From a virus (lineage: Duplodnaviria > Caudoviricetes), in the IMG/VR virus record IMGVR_UViG_3300023059_000283, positions 1 through 40,398 of that record: 40,398 nt of DNA; one strand, 5' to 3'. The translations under genes were made by a program, and so were the position numbers. Under the pieces are notes generated by a model that was not told the origin of the DNA, made no database searches, and saw only the letters and a program-made list of their open reading frames with translations. The first letter of the stretch is position 1; each line of letters opens with the position of its first letter. Positions 1 to 7,104 of this stretch are shown one piece after another.

Positions 1-17
1 GATTCGAACCCCGTGCG

Positions 18-353
18 TCAGCTCGGCTTCTTTCGCGGCACGAATTCTCTCCGCCTCACGGGCGTCAGGTTGCCCAATGGACCGGCGAAAGCGCTCACCG
101 CCTTCCGCCCAGTCGAGATAGGCCTTTGTGCCACGCCAGTAGAGTCGAACCTTTGCCATTCCTCTGCACCTTCGATCGCGGCATAGAGTGCCGCCTTTTC
201 GTACAACTGCTTTCCCATGAAGCGTCGCGGCGTCAGGCCGTAGCTCAGGGCGTTCTTGCGGAACTGGCTGTTGGAGACGCCGCAGTAGTGCGCGGCTTCC
301 TCGACCGTCAGCCAGTCCTTGCCTGATAGGTCGAGCTTTTCAGCGGCGCCCAT
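18..353 (-). CDS. Excisionase-like / HTH_17 DNA-binding protein
   Basis: WLTVEEAAHYCGVSNSQFRK winged-HTH motif; ATG at 353 preceded by AGGAGG; last gene of the leftward operon, next to where the integrase is expected. Confidence 0.75.
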   Translation of the reverse strand: MGAAEKLDLSGKDWLTVEEAAHYCGVSNSQFRKNALSYGLTPRRFMGKQLYEKAALYAAIEGAEEWQRFDSTGVAQRPISTGRKAVSAFAGPLGNLTPVRRREFVPRKKPS

Positions 354-666
354 GGCCACCTCCTGTTCCTGCTCGCCTGGGCGGAGCTGGCGGAGCCAGG
401 CTAAAGTCCAGTTGCACAACGTTGTCTGCCCCGGGCGCGGCGATCGAGGGCATGACCTTGCGTGCGCTGCGGGCAGGGCGATTGATGCGCTGCCATTCGG
501 CCACGGCCTGGCCGGGCTCTGAATGCTTTCTGGTCGCGCGGCACCGGCACTCGACGAAGTGGCCGCCGCCGGCGGAGATGCTGCGCAGGTCGTGGATATG
601 GCGCGCGCTGTGACCGGCGGCGCAGGCCTGCAGCGGCTCGGGGTGGCTGATGTGTCGCTGGGTCAT
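340..666 (-). CDS. Small Cys/His (Zn-finger-like, Lar-like) phage protein
   Basis: CAAGH...VECRC motifs; GGAG RBS before ATG at 666; overlaps the next gene; contains QLDF. Confidence 0.6.
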   Translation of the reverse strand: MTQRHISHPEPLQACAAGHSARHIHDLRSISAGGGHFVECRCRATRKHSEPGQAVAEWQRINRPARSARKVMPSIAAPGADNVVQLDFSLAPPAPPRRAGTGGGHGRR

Positions 667-691
667 GGGGAGATCTCCAGATTGGCGGCAG

Positions 692-985
692 TCATTCGAA
701 GATGCCTGGGCCGGATCGAACCGGCGAGTCGATGCCGTATGTCTCAGCAAGGGCGTTGGTCCATCTGTAAGCCGTTGCCTTGCTGACGTTGAATCGGTTC
801 TGCACAGCCGGGACCGTCGGGAAGCGGTCCTGTTCGTGCGCCCACTTCATGAATTCCATGACCGAGCGGACGCAGCCATAGTCCGCATAGTCGTGCTGGG
901 CCAGCGGCCTCTCGCGCTTGGCGATGTGCGGGACCTCCATGGTGGTCGAGAACGCCAAGGCTCCTAGGCCAAGTGATGGGGTCAT
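692..985 (-). CDS. Small HTH DNA-binding protein
   Basis: PTVPAVQNRFNVSKATAYRW helix-turn-helix; start chosen at ATG 985, next to the upstream stop. Confidence 0.65.
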   Translation of the reverse strand: MTPSLGLGALAFSTTMEVPHIAKRERPLAQHDYADYGCVRSVMEFMKWAHEQDRFPTVPAVQNRFNVSKATAYRWTNALAETYGIDSPVRSGPGIFE

Positions 986-987
986 GT

Positions 988-1233
988 TCAAGCGAACAGC
1001 TCCAGTTGTGCGGGGAGAGACGGCGCCGCGGCGCGCACCGAACGCTCGATTGCGATCAAATTCAGCAGCCTGCGGCGGTTGGCCGCGGCCAGATCCATCA
1101 AATGCCAGAACGGCGGATCCAGCAGGCCGCCGCTGTCCGGGCCATGCAGGCGCACGCGGCGTGCGATCAGCAGGTGCTCCCGCATGAAGCACAGCAGCCT
1201 GTGCCGGGCGAGGGGGAAGCCGGCGGCGATCAT
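988..1233 (-). CDS. Hypothetical phage protein ending in QLELFA
   Basis: ATGA overlap with the upstream gene at 1230-1233; C-terminal clamp-binding-like motif. Confidence 0.65.
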   Translation of the reverse strand: MIAAGFPLARHRLLCFMREHLLIARRVRLHGPDSGGLLDPPFWHLMDLAAANRRRLLNLIAIERSVRAAAPSLPAQLELFA

Positions 1234-1724
1234 GCGAACAACTCCAGTTGATACGGCGCGATTGGGCGACGGACTGCGAAGGGGCAGGCCTCTCGCTCGT
1301 GAAGCAGGTCTCGCGCGATTTGGAAGTGGTAGCCGCGGCCGTTCATATCGGTGATGCAGACCATCGGGAAGTAGCACACGGCGATCGCCCCGGAGCAGAA
1401 GAGGTAGTAGCCCCGGCCACATGCAGCCTTGCCGCGCTCGGTGCTATCGATGAGCATTTCCCGCGTCCAGCCTGCAGCGAGGCGAACTGATACCGCAGCT
1501 TCTGCGATCTCCCGTGCCTCCTCTTCTTCCATGCTCCGGGAGGACACCATGCCCATGACCCGCAGCGCGGAATCCATGTCGCCGGCAGCCAGCGATTCAA
1601 GCGCCTGGCCGCGGGCCTCCCAAAGCCGAGCATCTTTCGGAGTGATCGAATCGAGCTGGATGCCGGAAAGGCAGGCCAGTTCGCGCCCCATCTCTCGGAA
1701 GTCGGGCATCTGCTTGCGCATCAC
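1230..1724 (-). CDS. Hypothetical phage protein ending in QLELFA
   Basis: Coupled by 4-nt overlaps on both sides; GGAGG RBS; 164 aa. Confidence 0.65.
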   Translation of the reverse strand: MMRKQMPDFREMGRELACLSGIQLDSITPKDARLWEARGQALESLAAGDMDSALRVMGMVSSRSMEEEEAREIAEAAVSVRLAAGWTREMLIDSTERGKAACGRGYYLFCSGAIAVCYFPMVCITDMNGRGYHFQIARDLLHEREACPFAVRRPIAPYQLELFA

Positions 1725-2398
1725 GCGTCCTCCCGCAGCCTGGTGCGCCGGTTACGCGGCGGCTTGACGGTGGCCAGGGTGGTGGGATGGTTGGGCAGCT
1801 GCTCTTCCAAGGGCCGGGGCGACGGCGTAAAGTGCGGCCGCCAATTCAGCAAATCGTCTCGATGACACCGACCCCCTCGCGCCGGACCCTCCGCGGAACT
1901 CTCTCCGGGCACGCCTTCGTCGTGCTCGTCACGGAGGTTGGGGCAGGGGCCTTCGACTACAGCGTTACCGTGAATGGCGAGCAGGTGCCCACTAGGCGCC
2001 CGGGCAGGATTCTGGGCAGGGGCGATGCCCTGCAGCTCGGTGTCGCTGCAGCCGAAGGCTACATCGCCAATCTCCCGGTAAGATTCTGATGTAGCGAACT
2101 CAAGGAGCGACCGTGGCGTACAGAAGGGATGTGCTTGGTTACAAGCTGGTGGTGTCTGCAGTCGATCGGGGTATGCATTTCCAAGGTGTCGTTCACATCT
2201 TTGCGAGAGATGGGAGCCATCTTCGGACGATCGAGACCTCTGCCCCTCATTCGACGCTGAGCGCTGCAGAATCTCTCGCAGAGCAGATGGGTGGCGAGTA
2301 CGTCCGTAGCCTGCCCACCCATCTGCATGAGATTGCTCCTGGCTGAGGGAGACGGAACCGCTTATCAGCAAGATCGATGTGTGCCTGTCGGTCGTCAT
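1721..2398 (-). CDS. Operon-bridging ORF spanning two antisense genes (protein function doubtful)
   Basis: 225-codon open frame with start/stop overlaps at both ends (2395-2398, 1721-1724); the interior reads like an antisense shadow. Confidence 0.35.
   Translation of the reverse strand: MTTDRHTSILLISGSVSLSQEQSHADGWAGYGRTRHPSALREILQRSASNEGQRSRSSEDGSHLSQRCERHLGNAYPDRLQTPPACNQAHPFCTPRSLLEFATSESYREIGDVAFGCSDTELQGIAPAQNPARAPSGHLLAIHGNAVVEGPCPNLRDEHDEGVPGESSAEGPARGGRCHRDDLLNWRPHFTPSPRPLEEQLPNHPTTLATVKPPRNRRTRLREDA
1805..1833 (+). promoter_or_regulatory. Putative sigma70 promoter for the antisense gene pair
   Basis: TTCCAA-N17-TAAAGT upstream of ATG 1862. Confidence 0.35.
1862..2089 (+). CDS. Small antisense accessory protein (beta-strands plus C-terminal helix)
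   Basis: 75 aa with globular amphipathic pattern; similar ending to the next ORF (GVAAAEGYIANLP). Confidence 0.55.
   Translation: MTPTPSRRTLRGTLSGHAFVVLVTEVGAGAFDYSVTVNGEQVPTRRPGRILGRGDALQLGVAAAEGYIANLPVRF
2113..2346 (+). CDS. Small antisense accessory protein
   Basis: AAGGAG RBS before GTG; 77 aa; ends AEQMGGEYVRSLP, similar to the preceding ORF. Confidence 0.6.
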   Translation: MAYRRDVLGYKLVVSAVDRGMHFQGVVHIFARDGSHLRTIETSAPHSTLSAAESLAEQMGGEYVRSLPTHLHEIAPG

Positions 2399-2934
2399 GG
2401 CTGGCTTCCCTTCTCGTGGTCTCTGATGCGGTCAATGAGGTAGGTGGCTTCCTTTCGCCATTTGTCGCGGGCGAGAGGATTGAGGTGCTTGGCGAGGTAG
2501 TGGAGCTTTTCGAGCGGCTCGATCACCCAGGTGATGCGGAAGGGCATGGCGGAGCGGTGGTCGCGGAGCGGGGCGTGCGGCCGGCATTCCGGCGCTGCGA
2601 GCCACTGGGCTTCGTCGCAGTCCAGGCAGTGGCCTTGGCCGTTGCTGCCCGGCGGCCAGCGGTGCTGCTGCTTGGCGACCGGCGGGTGCAGGTAGAGCGC
2701 GCGGATCACAAGGGCTCGGCGGCGCGGGTGCGTCACGTCGCCTGGCTCGGCCTCTTCCCATGGGTCGTTGCTGCCGCGTCGGCGGCATTCGTAGCGCACC
2801 GGCTTCTGCATGCCATACAGCTGCTCCATGAAGACCTTTGCCCAGGCAGCGGCAACCTCGGCCGGCACTGGCTCGCCGGCAGCGCCGGCGCGGCGCATGG
2901 CGCGCACGGTAGAGGCCACGGTCGGGTCAGCCAT
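2395..2934 (-). CDS. Hypothetical phage early protein
   Basis: ATG at 2934 overlapping the upstream stop, GGAGG RBS; contains HRW..CLDC. Confidence 0.6.
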   Translation of the reverse strand: MADPTVASTVRAMRRAGAAGEPVPAEVAAAWAKVFMEQLYGMQKPVRYECRRRGSNDPWEEAEPGDVTHPRRRALVIRALYLHPPVAKQQHRWPPGSNGQGHCLDCDEAQWLAAPECRPHAPLRDHRSAMPFRITWVIEPLEKLHYLAKHLNPLARDKWRKEATYLIDRIRDHEKGSQP

Positions 2935-3109
2935 CGCGGCCGCGCCTCCACGCGTCGGGCACCTGGGTGGCGCAGAGCAGAGCGCCCATGAGCAGGTAGA
3001 CGCCGGTGTCTTCGATGCCGGCCCAGGCCATGGCGAAGGCGACGGCCGCGAGCAGGGCGCCCAGCAGTGCCAGCCCGCCGGCACGCCAGTGGCGGATCAG
3101 CCCGCGCAT
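2927..3109 (-). CDS. Small two-TM membrane protein
   Basis: Two hydrophobic segments; overlaps neighbours in the operon. Confidence 0.55.
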   Translation of the reverse strand: MRGLIRHWRAGGLALLGALLAAVAFAMAWAGIEDTGVYLLMGALLCATQVPDAWRRGRDG

Positions 3110-3231
3110 CGGATCTGCTCCATCAGGGCGGCGAAGTGCTCGTCGTGGCGGCGCTGCAGCCAGGCGGCGGCCACGATGGCACCGGCGGTGAAGCCGACAA
3201 TCAGGCCGAAGGCGAAGTCGATCCCGCTCAT
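3097..3231 (-). CDS. Small single-TM protein
   Basis: MSGIDFAFGLIVGFTAGAIVAAAWL; ATGA overlap at 3228-3231. Confidence 0.55.
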   Translation of the reverse strand: MSGIDFAFGLIVGFTAGAIVAAAWLQRRHDEHFAALMEQIRCAG

Positions 3232-3416
3232 GCTGCATCGCCTCCCGGCGCAGGACGGGCGGCGAGGGCGCGCGCTGCCATGCGGTTTTGGACTTCCTTC
3301 GAATACCCGGCGCGGACCAGCTGGCCGACAGCGGCGCGGGAATCCCAGCCGCATGCGATGGCCTGCCGGCGGACGGACTGGGCGCGGTAGAACTGCTCGG
3401 CGGTCGTGATGCTCAC
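3228..3416 (-). CDS. Hypothetical phage protein
   Basis: Coupled overlaps at both ends; AAGGTG RBS. Confidence 0.6.
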   Translation of the reverse strand: MSITTAEQFYRAQSVRRQAIACGWDSRAAVGQLVRAGYSKEVQNRMAARALAARPAPGGDAA

Positions 3417-3754
3417 GGCTTCACCTTCCTGGGGCGACTGTTCGTGGCCCCTGGCACCACTGGCGTTCCGGCGTAGTTGATAGACCCGACCTTGTCCGCA
3501 TCGCTCTTTACCTTGCCGGGAAGGCCATCGGCCTTCCTCCGCTCGTTCTCGAGGCGATCCTGATCCTTCGCCTTCTTGCGCAACTGGGAGTTGGCCGACC
3601 GGATGATGTGCTTGTGGTCGTTCGGATAGATGCGGACTTCGTTCGGGCGCTTGTTGGCAGAGTCCATGTACGCAAGCAATTCGCCGATGCGGCGCCGCAC
3701 GTGCTCGAATCGATCGTCGAGCTTCGGGTGAGTAGCGAGATCGATGGCGATCAT
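3413..3754 (-). CDS. Hypothetical basic phage protein
   Basis: 113 aa, ATGA overlap, GAGGTG RBS. Confidence 0.65.
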   Translation of the reverse strand: MIAIDLATHPKLDDRFEHVRRRIGELLAYMDSANKRPNEVRIYPNDHKHIIRSANSQLRKKAKDQDRLENERRKADGLPGKVKSDADKVGSINYAGTPVVPGATNSRPRKVKP

Positions 3755-3948
3755 GCGGCCACCTCGCTGCTGGTGGCTTGGCGGAGCTCGGCCGCCGCGC
3801 GCTGCAGCTCAGCGGCGGCGGTGTCGGCTTCGTCGGCGGTCAGGTAGACGCGGCCGGCGGCACCGACGTGCATCGCGACCTTGTTGGAGATGGGCTGCGC
3901 TTCGAACCGGACAGGCCCGGTCGAGCTGCTGAGGGTGAGGGTGGCCAT
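3751..3948 (-). CDS. Hypothetical protein, first gene of the leftward early operon
   Basis: GGAG RBS; directly downstream of the pL-like promoter. Confidence 0.65.
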   Translation of the reverse strand: MATLTLSSSTGPVRFEAQPISNKVAMHVGAAGRVYLTADEADTAAAELQRAAAELRQATSSEVAA

Positions 3949-3999
3949 GAAGTCTCCGTGCCCCGGCCCGGATGGGCTGCTACTGGGGCGACGAAGAGA

Positions 4000-4028
4000 A
4001 CGTTAGCGAGCAACTAACAATTAGTCAA
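4000..4028 (-). promoter_or_regulatory. pL-like early promoter
   Basis: Minus-strand TTGACT-N17-TAACGT, overlapped by an operator. Confidence 0.75.
4002..4018. promoter_or_regulatory. oL operator (CI/Cro site)
   Basis: Palindrome GTTAG-N7-CTAAC matching sites in the cI-cro interval; a degenerate second copy ATTAG-N7-CTATC at 4020-4036. Confidence 0.75.
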
Positions 4029-4095
4029 CAGCTATCAGCTAATTAGCAAGATGGCAGCGAAACAGTCGCGACTTACGTTCAGCCTCCTGTCTCGC

Positions 4096-4127
4096 AAAAA
4101 AAAACCTCCGCAGCTCGGAGGTTTTTT
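4096..4127. terminator. Bidirectional intrinsic terminator
   Basis: A9-CCTCCG-CAGCT-CGGAGG-T6 downstream of the cI-linked cassette. Confidence 0.85.
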
Positions 4128-4145
4128 GGTGAACAGTTAGAGTGC

Positions 4146-4946
4146 TCAGTGACACTTTCGGAAGATCATCAGCGGCGTCACGCCGTAAGCAGCGTGTGGT
4201 CGTCCAATTATCGTCTGCAGTCCTCCCATCAGCGGGCCCATCATCTCCATGAACTGAGATGTGGTCTGCCCACGCTCAAACGGGGAGGCGCCCGGAACGG
4301 CATCGACCACAGCCACCACGTGCCATTCCCCCTGAATGCTAGGTCCATGCTTCAGCGTCATCCCATGAGGATCGACAGTCATCGACTTGGATTCCAGCTG
4401 AGACCATATCTCGTCTCCATCGTGAGTCAGCAACGAAAACTGCAGCGCGGCCGGCAGATCCTTCACGATCTTGCCCGCGATCTGCATCTTCTTGTTTTCA
4501 GCAGACGCTGCCTTCGGGTTCTTTGTTGGAGCTTGTTCATGCGCCATGAAGGCCACGATGCCGTCCCAGAGCCGTTTAACAAGCTCAATGTCGAACATCC
4601 GTAGCTCACCAGACACCAATACAATCTGGCCGATGTTGTCCGTGAGCCCGCGATGCAAAAGGCTATGGTCATCTAACACGGCCAAGACATTCGATGGAAG
4701 CATCCAGGAGGCATCGAAATTCAGTTCCGAGGCAGACGAGTGGCCCTCTTCGCCTTTCACTGATGCCGCAGCAATTTTGAGACTGCCCTTGATCTCGCCG
4801 CTATTAATCCCGGTGATGCTCTGGACTGTCTTCGCCGTGGCAGCGACGCCGTTGTCGTCAAGCTGGGCTAGGAAGTAGCTCAGCTTGGCCTTGTCGAGAT
4901 AGAGATAGTCATATACGAAATCTTCTTGATCCTGCTCTGGCGCCAT
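4146..4946 (-). CDS. DUF6414-like protein (immunity-region cargo)
   Basis: N-terminal YDYLYLD..LS..AQL..G and C-terminal TPLMIFR motifs recalled for DUF6414; less GC-biased than flanking phage genes. Confidence 0.7.
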   Translation of the reverse strand: MAPEQDQEDFVYDYLYLDKAKLSYFLAQLDDNGVAATAKTVQSITGINSGEIKGSLKIAAASVKGEEGHSSASELNFDASWMLPSNVLAVLDDHSLLHRGLTDNIGQIVLVSGELRMFDIELVKRLWDGIVAFMAHEQAPTKNPKAASAENKKMQIAGKIVKDLPAALQFSLLTHDGDEIWSQLESKSMTVDPHGMTLKHGPSIQGEWHVVAVVDAVPGASPFERGQTTSQFMEMMGPLMGGLQTIIGRPHAAYGVTPLMIFRKCH

Positions 4947-5103
4947 TCTTCATTTCCTTATTGATTCGATCACGATCACTCGTGTTGCGTTCCGTCACTT
5001 TGATGACTTCCTCTGCAAAGTCGACGATCGCCTTCCGAGCAACAGATAGGCTCTGATCCTTTCGGGTCAGCGCTTCTAAGCTCTTTCGCAGTGGGCTGGT
5101 CAT
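4909..5103 (-). CDS. Small helical partner protein of the DUF6414-like gene
   Basis: 64 aa from ATG 5103, overlaps the downstream gene by 38 nt; ends RINKEMKNGARAGSRRFRI. Confidence 0.6.
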   Translation of the reverse strand: MTSPLRKSLEALTRKDQSLSVARKAIVDFAEEVIKVTERNTSDRDRINKEMKNGARAGSRRFRI

Positions 5104-5203
5104 CGTTTCTTCTCGAGATGGCGGGTCCATCAGGCGCAAGTCTAGCGCGCCCCAACAGTCCAAGTGCTGACGTTTTGCACACGAGTAGTTAAAAATGTGT
5201 TAA

Positions 5204-5902
5204 CTAGAACCGCCGCAAGCCTGCATGGATCAACGCTTTGCCCAGCACGGTGACTTCGCCCTCGTCCGCCCGGTACGTGGGGAAGTCTGGGTTGATGCTT
5301 ACGACGTACATGCCGTCACCGCGCCTCTGCAGCATCTTGATCTGGGTCTCGCCGCCTATGTTGATCAGGTAGTAGTCGTCGCCGTCAAAGTAGTTGCAGC
5401 TCGTGTCGATCCAGATGATGTCCCCATCTTCGAGCTTGGGCTTCATTGAGGGCCCACGGCCGGTGATCAGTTGGATCCGACCAGGCTTTGGCAGGTATCC
5501 CAGCTTCCGGCGAACCTCCCACTCGGCCACCTCGATCGTATGCACCACCTCGGGGTAGTCCTGGTTCACCATCCCTGCACCCATCCCTGCGCCCCCTTCG
5601 AAAACGTCGAAGCGAACATAGCCCGGGCGCGTCTCAGTCTCTAAGATCGGTGAGATTTGAGTGATCCCATCCTCGATCCACTGCGGTCGGTCCATCCAGC
5701 CGTGATCGCTGCCTACAGCCAGGCTGATTTTCTTGGCTACGTCGTCACCTATGTACTTTCCTGCGAGCAGTTGGGAAACGTACGAGGCGGACAGGAAGCC
5801 ACCAAGTTTGGCTCCTTGGTCGCGGCGTCGGGTGATGCCGCGCGCTTCTAGTCCTGCGATCAGGGCTCTGAAGTTGCGCGTTCGGATTTCGGCAATGTCC
5901 AT
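5204..5902 (-). CDS. cI: CI-like repressor (HTH plus S24 autopeptidase)
   Basis: N-terminal HTH, GAG cleavage-like motif, GPSMKP catalytic Ser and IKML catalytic Lys; divergent from cro. Confidence 0.92.
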   Translation of the reverse strand: MDIAEIRTRNFRALIAGLEARGITRRRDQGAKLGGFLSASYVSQLLAGKYIGDDVAKKISLAVGSDHGWMDRPQWIEDGITQISPILETETRPGYVRFDVFEGGAGMGAGMVNQDYPEVVHTIEVAEWEVRRKLGYLPKPGRIQLITGRGPSMKPKLEDGDIIWIDTSCNYFDGDDYYLINIGGETQIKMLQRRGDGMYVVSINPDFPTYRADEGEVTVLGKALIHAGLRRF

Positions 5903-5911
5903 GCGGAAAAG

Positions 5912-5978
5912 GTTAGTTGGTAACTAATCTGATTTGGTTAGCCAAAGACTTGCGAGTTGCCGTTAGCTGTGCGCTAAT
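5912..5978. promoter_or_regulatory. oR operator triplet with divergent pRM/pR
   Basis: GTTAG-N7-CTAAT at 5912-5928 and 5962-5978, degenerate copy at 5937-5953 (25-bp spacing); pR TTGCGA-N17-GCTAAT; minus-strand -10 TAACCT 7 nt before the cI ATG. Confidence 0.75.
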
Positions 5979-5984
5979 GGCGCT

Positions 5985-6464
5985 ATGAACATGCCCGCCC
6001 TCGACAAAGCTGTAGAAGCCGCCGGCAGTCAGCTGGCTTTGGCCCAACTTCTTGGAATCAAGCCTCCATCGATCTCCGGTTGGTACGACCGACAACGCGT
6101 ACCTGCCGAGCGCTGCATTGCTATTGAGGCCGCAACGGGTGTTTCGCGGCACGATCTCCGCCCGGACGTTTTTGGTGATCCTGCGGCGCTGAGCATGACT
6201 TCGGTCCAGATTCGGGCCGTGGTGGACACCCGGATAAGTAAGCTCGCGCTGCGGGCCAAGCTGGGCCTGAAGACCGATGCGCACCTGGCGAAAGTGTTGA
6301 AGCTGCCGGCGGCTGAGGTTGAAGCCTGGCCAGAGGATGACCGCGTTCCGGCCTTGCCGCAGGTGCTGCAGCTGCTCGGTGTGCAGGAACAGCCGCCGCC
6401 GGCCACATCGGCGCCGGACGACCCGGATGCCGACCGTATCGACCTCGGCGTCCACGCCGCCTGA
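5985..6464 (+). CDS. cro: Cro/YdaS-like repressor with a second HTH-like domain
   Basis: GSQLALAQLLGIKPPSISGW...DLRPDVFG YdaS/Cro signature; divergent from cI. Confidence 0.85.
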   Translation: MNMPALDKAVEAAGSQLALAQLLGIKPPSISGWYDRQRVPAERCIAIEAATGVSRHDLRPDVFGDPAALSMTSVQIRAVVDTRISKLALRAKLGLKTDAHLAKVLKLPAAEVEAWPEDDRVPALPQVLQLLGVQEQPPPATSAPDDPDADRIDLGVHAA

Positions 6465-6573
6465 CTGGCCGTCCCTGGCCATCGTCCCTGAATTGAATTC
6501 GTCCATGACGCCAATCGTGCGCCATGACGGGCCAGCTCGAAACCTTGAAACACCCGTCTTCCCAAGGTGAACC

Positions 6574-7104
6574 ATGACCTGCCGTACTTCCTCGATTAAC
6601 TGGCTCGACTGCCTCTACAATGCCGTGCGCAAGACGCCGGGCGGTGTCATCGAGGCTGCCAAATGGCTGACCGACCGCCGCGGCAAGTCCATGCACCCGG
6701 AGACGTTGCGTTCGAAGCTCAATGGCACCGAGGGTGAGTCGGTGACGATCGAGATTGCCGAGCTGCTGACCGAGTGGATGCAGGAGAAGGCCGGCGGTAG
6801 CGAGTACGCCTTGGAGTGGATGCAGGCGCTTGCCGGCCAGTTCGGCATGGCGGTTGACTTGGTGCCGCCGGCACCAGAAGGCGGCTGGCCCGACGAGATC
6901 GCCGCGGTGCAGCTCAAGCTGTTGGAAATCACCACGCGGGTCGGGCGCCTCACCGGGACCGCAGTCGATGCGATTGGTGACCGCCAGATCGACAGTGACG
7001 AAGCCGCGCTGATGGTGAGCGAGGCCCGCGCGCTGCGAACGATGGCGCACCGCCTGGAGCGCAATGTTGCGCGCGCTGCCGCCAAGGGGAGGGCAAACCG
7101 ATGA
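6574..7104 (+). CDS. CII-like phage regulatory protein
   Basis: PGG..AA...TLRSKLN motif and C-terminal D..ID..E motif of the phage CII (CP76-like) family; position after cro. Confidence 0.7.
   Translation: MTCRTSSINWLDCLYNAVRKTPGGVIEAAKWLTDRRGKSMHPETLRSKLNGTEGESVTIEIAELLTEWMQEKAGGSEYALEWMQALAGQFGMAVDLVPPAPEGGWPDEIAAVQLKLLEITTRVGRLTGTAVDAIGDRQIDSDEAALMVSEARALRTMAHRLERNVARAAAKGRANR

Noticed and set aside
1-13. GATTCGAACCCCG resembles a reverse-complement tRNA T-arm
   Set aside because: Truncated by the window edge, opposite orientation to and different from the att fragment, and adjacent bases do not form an anticodon arm
6503-6529. CCATGACG direct repeat between cro and cII as a CII/pRE site
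   Set aside because: Only two 8-mers 19 bp apart and no convincing associated promoter
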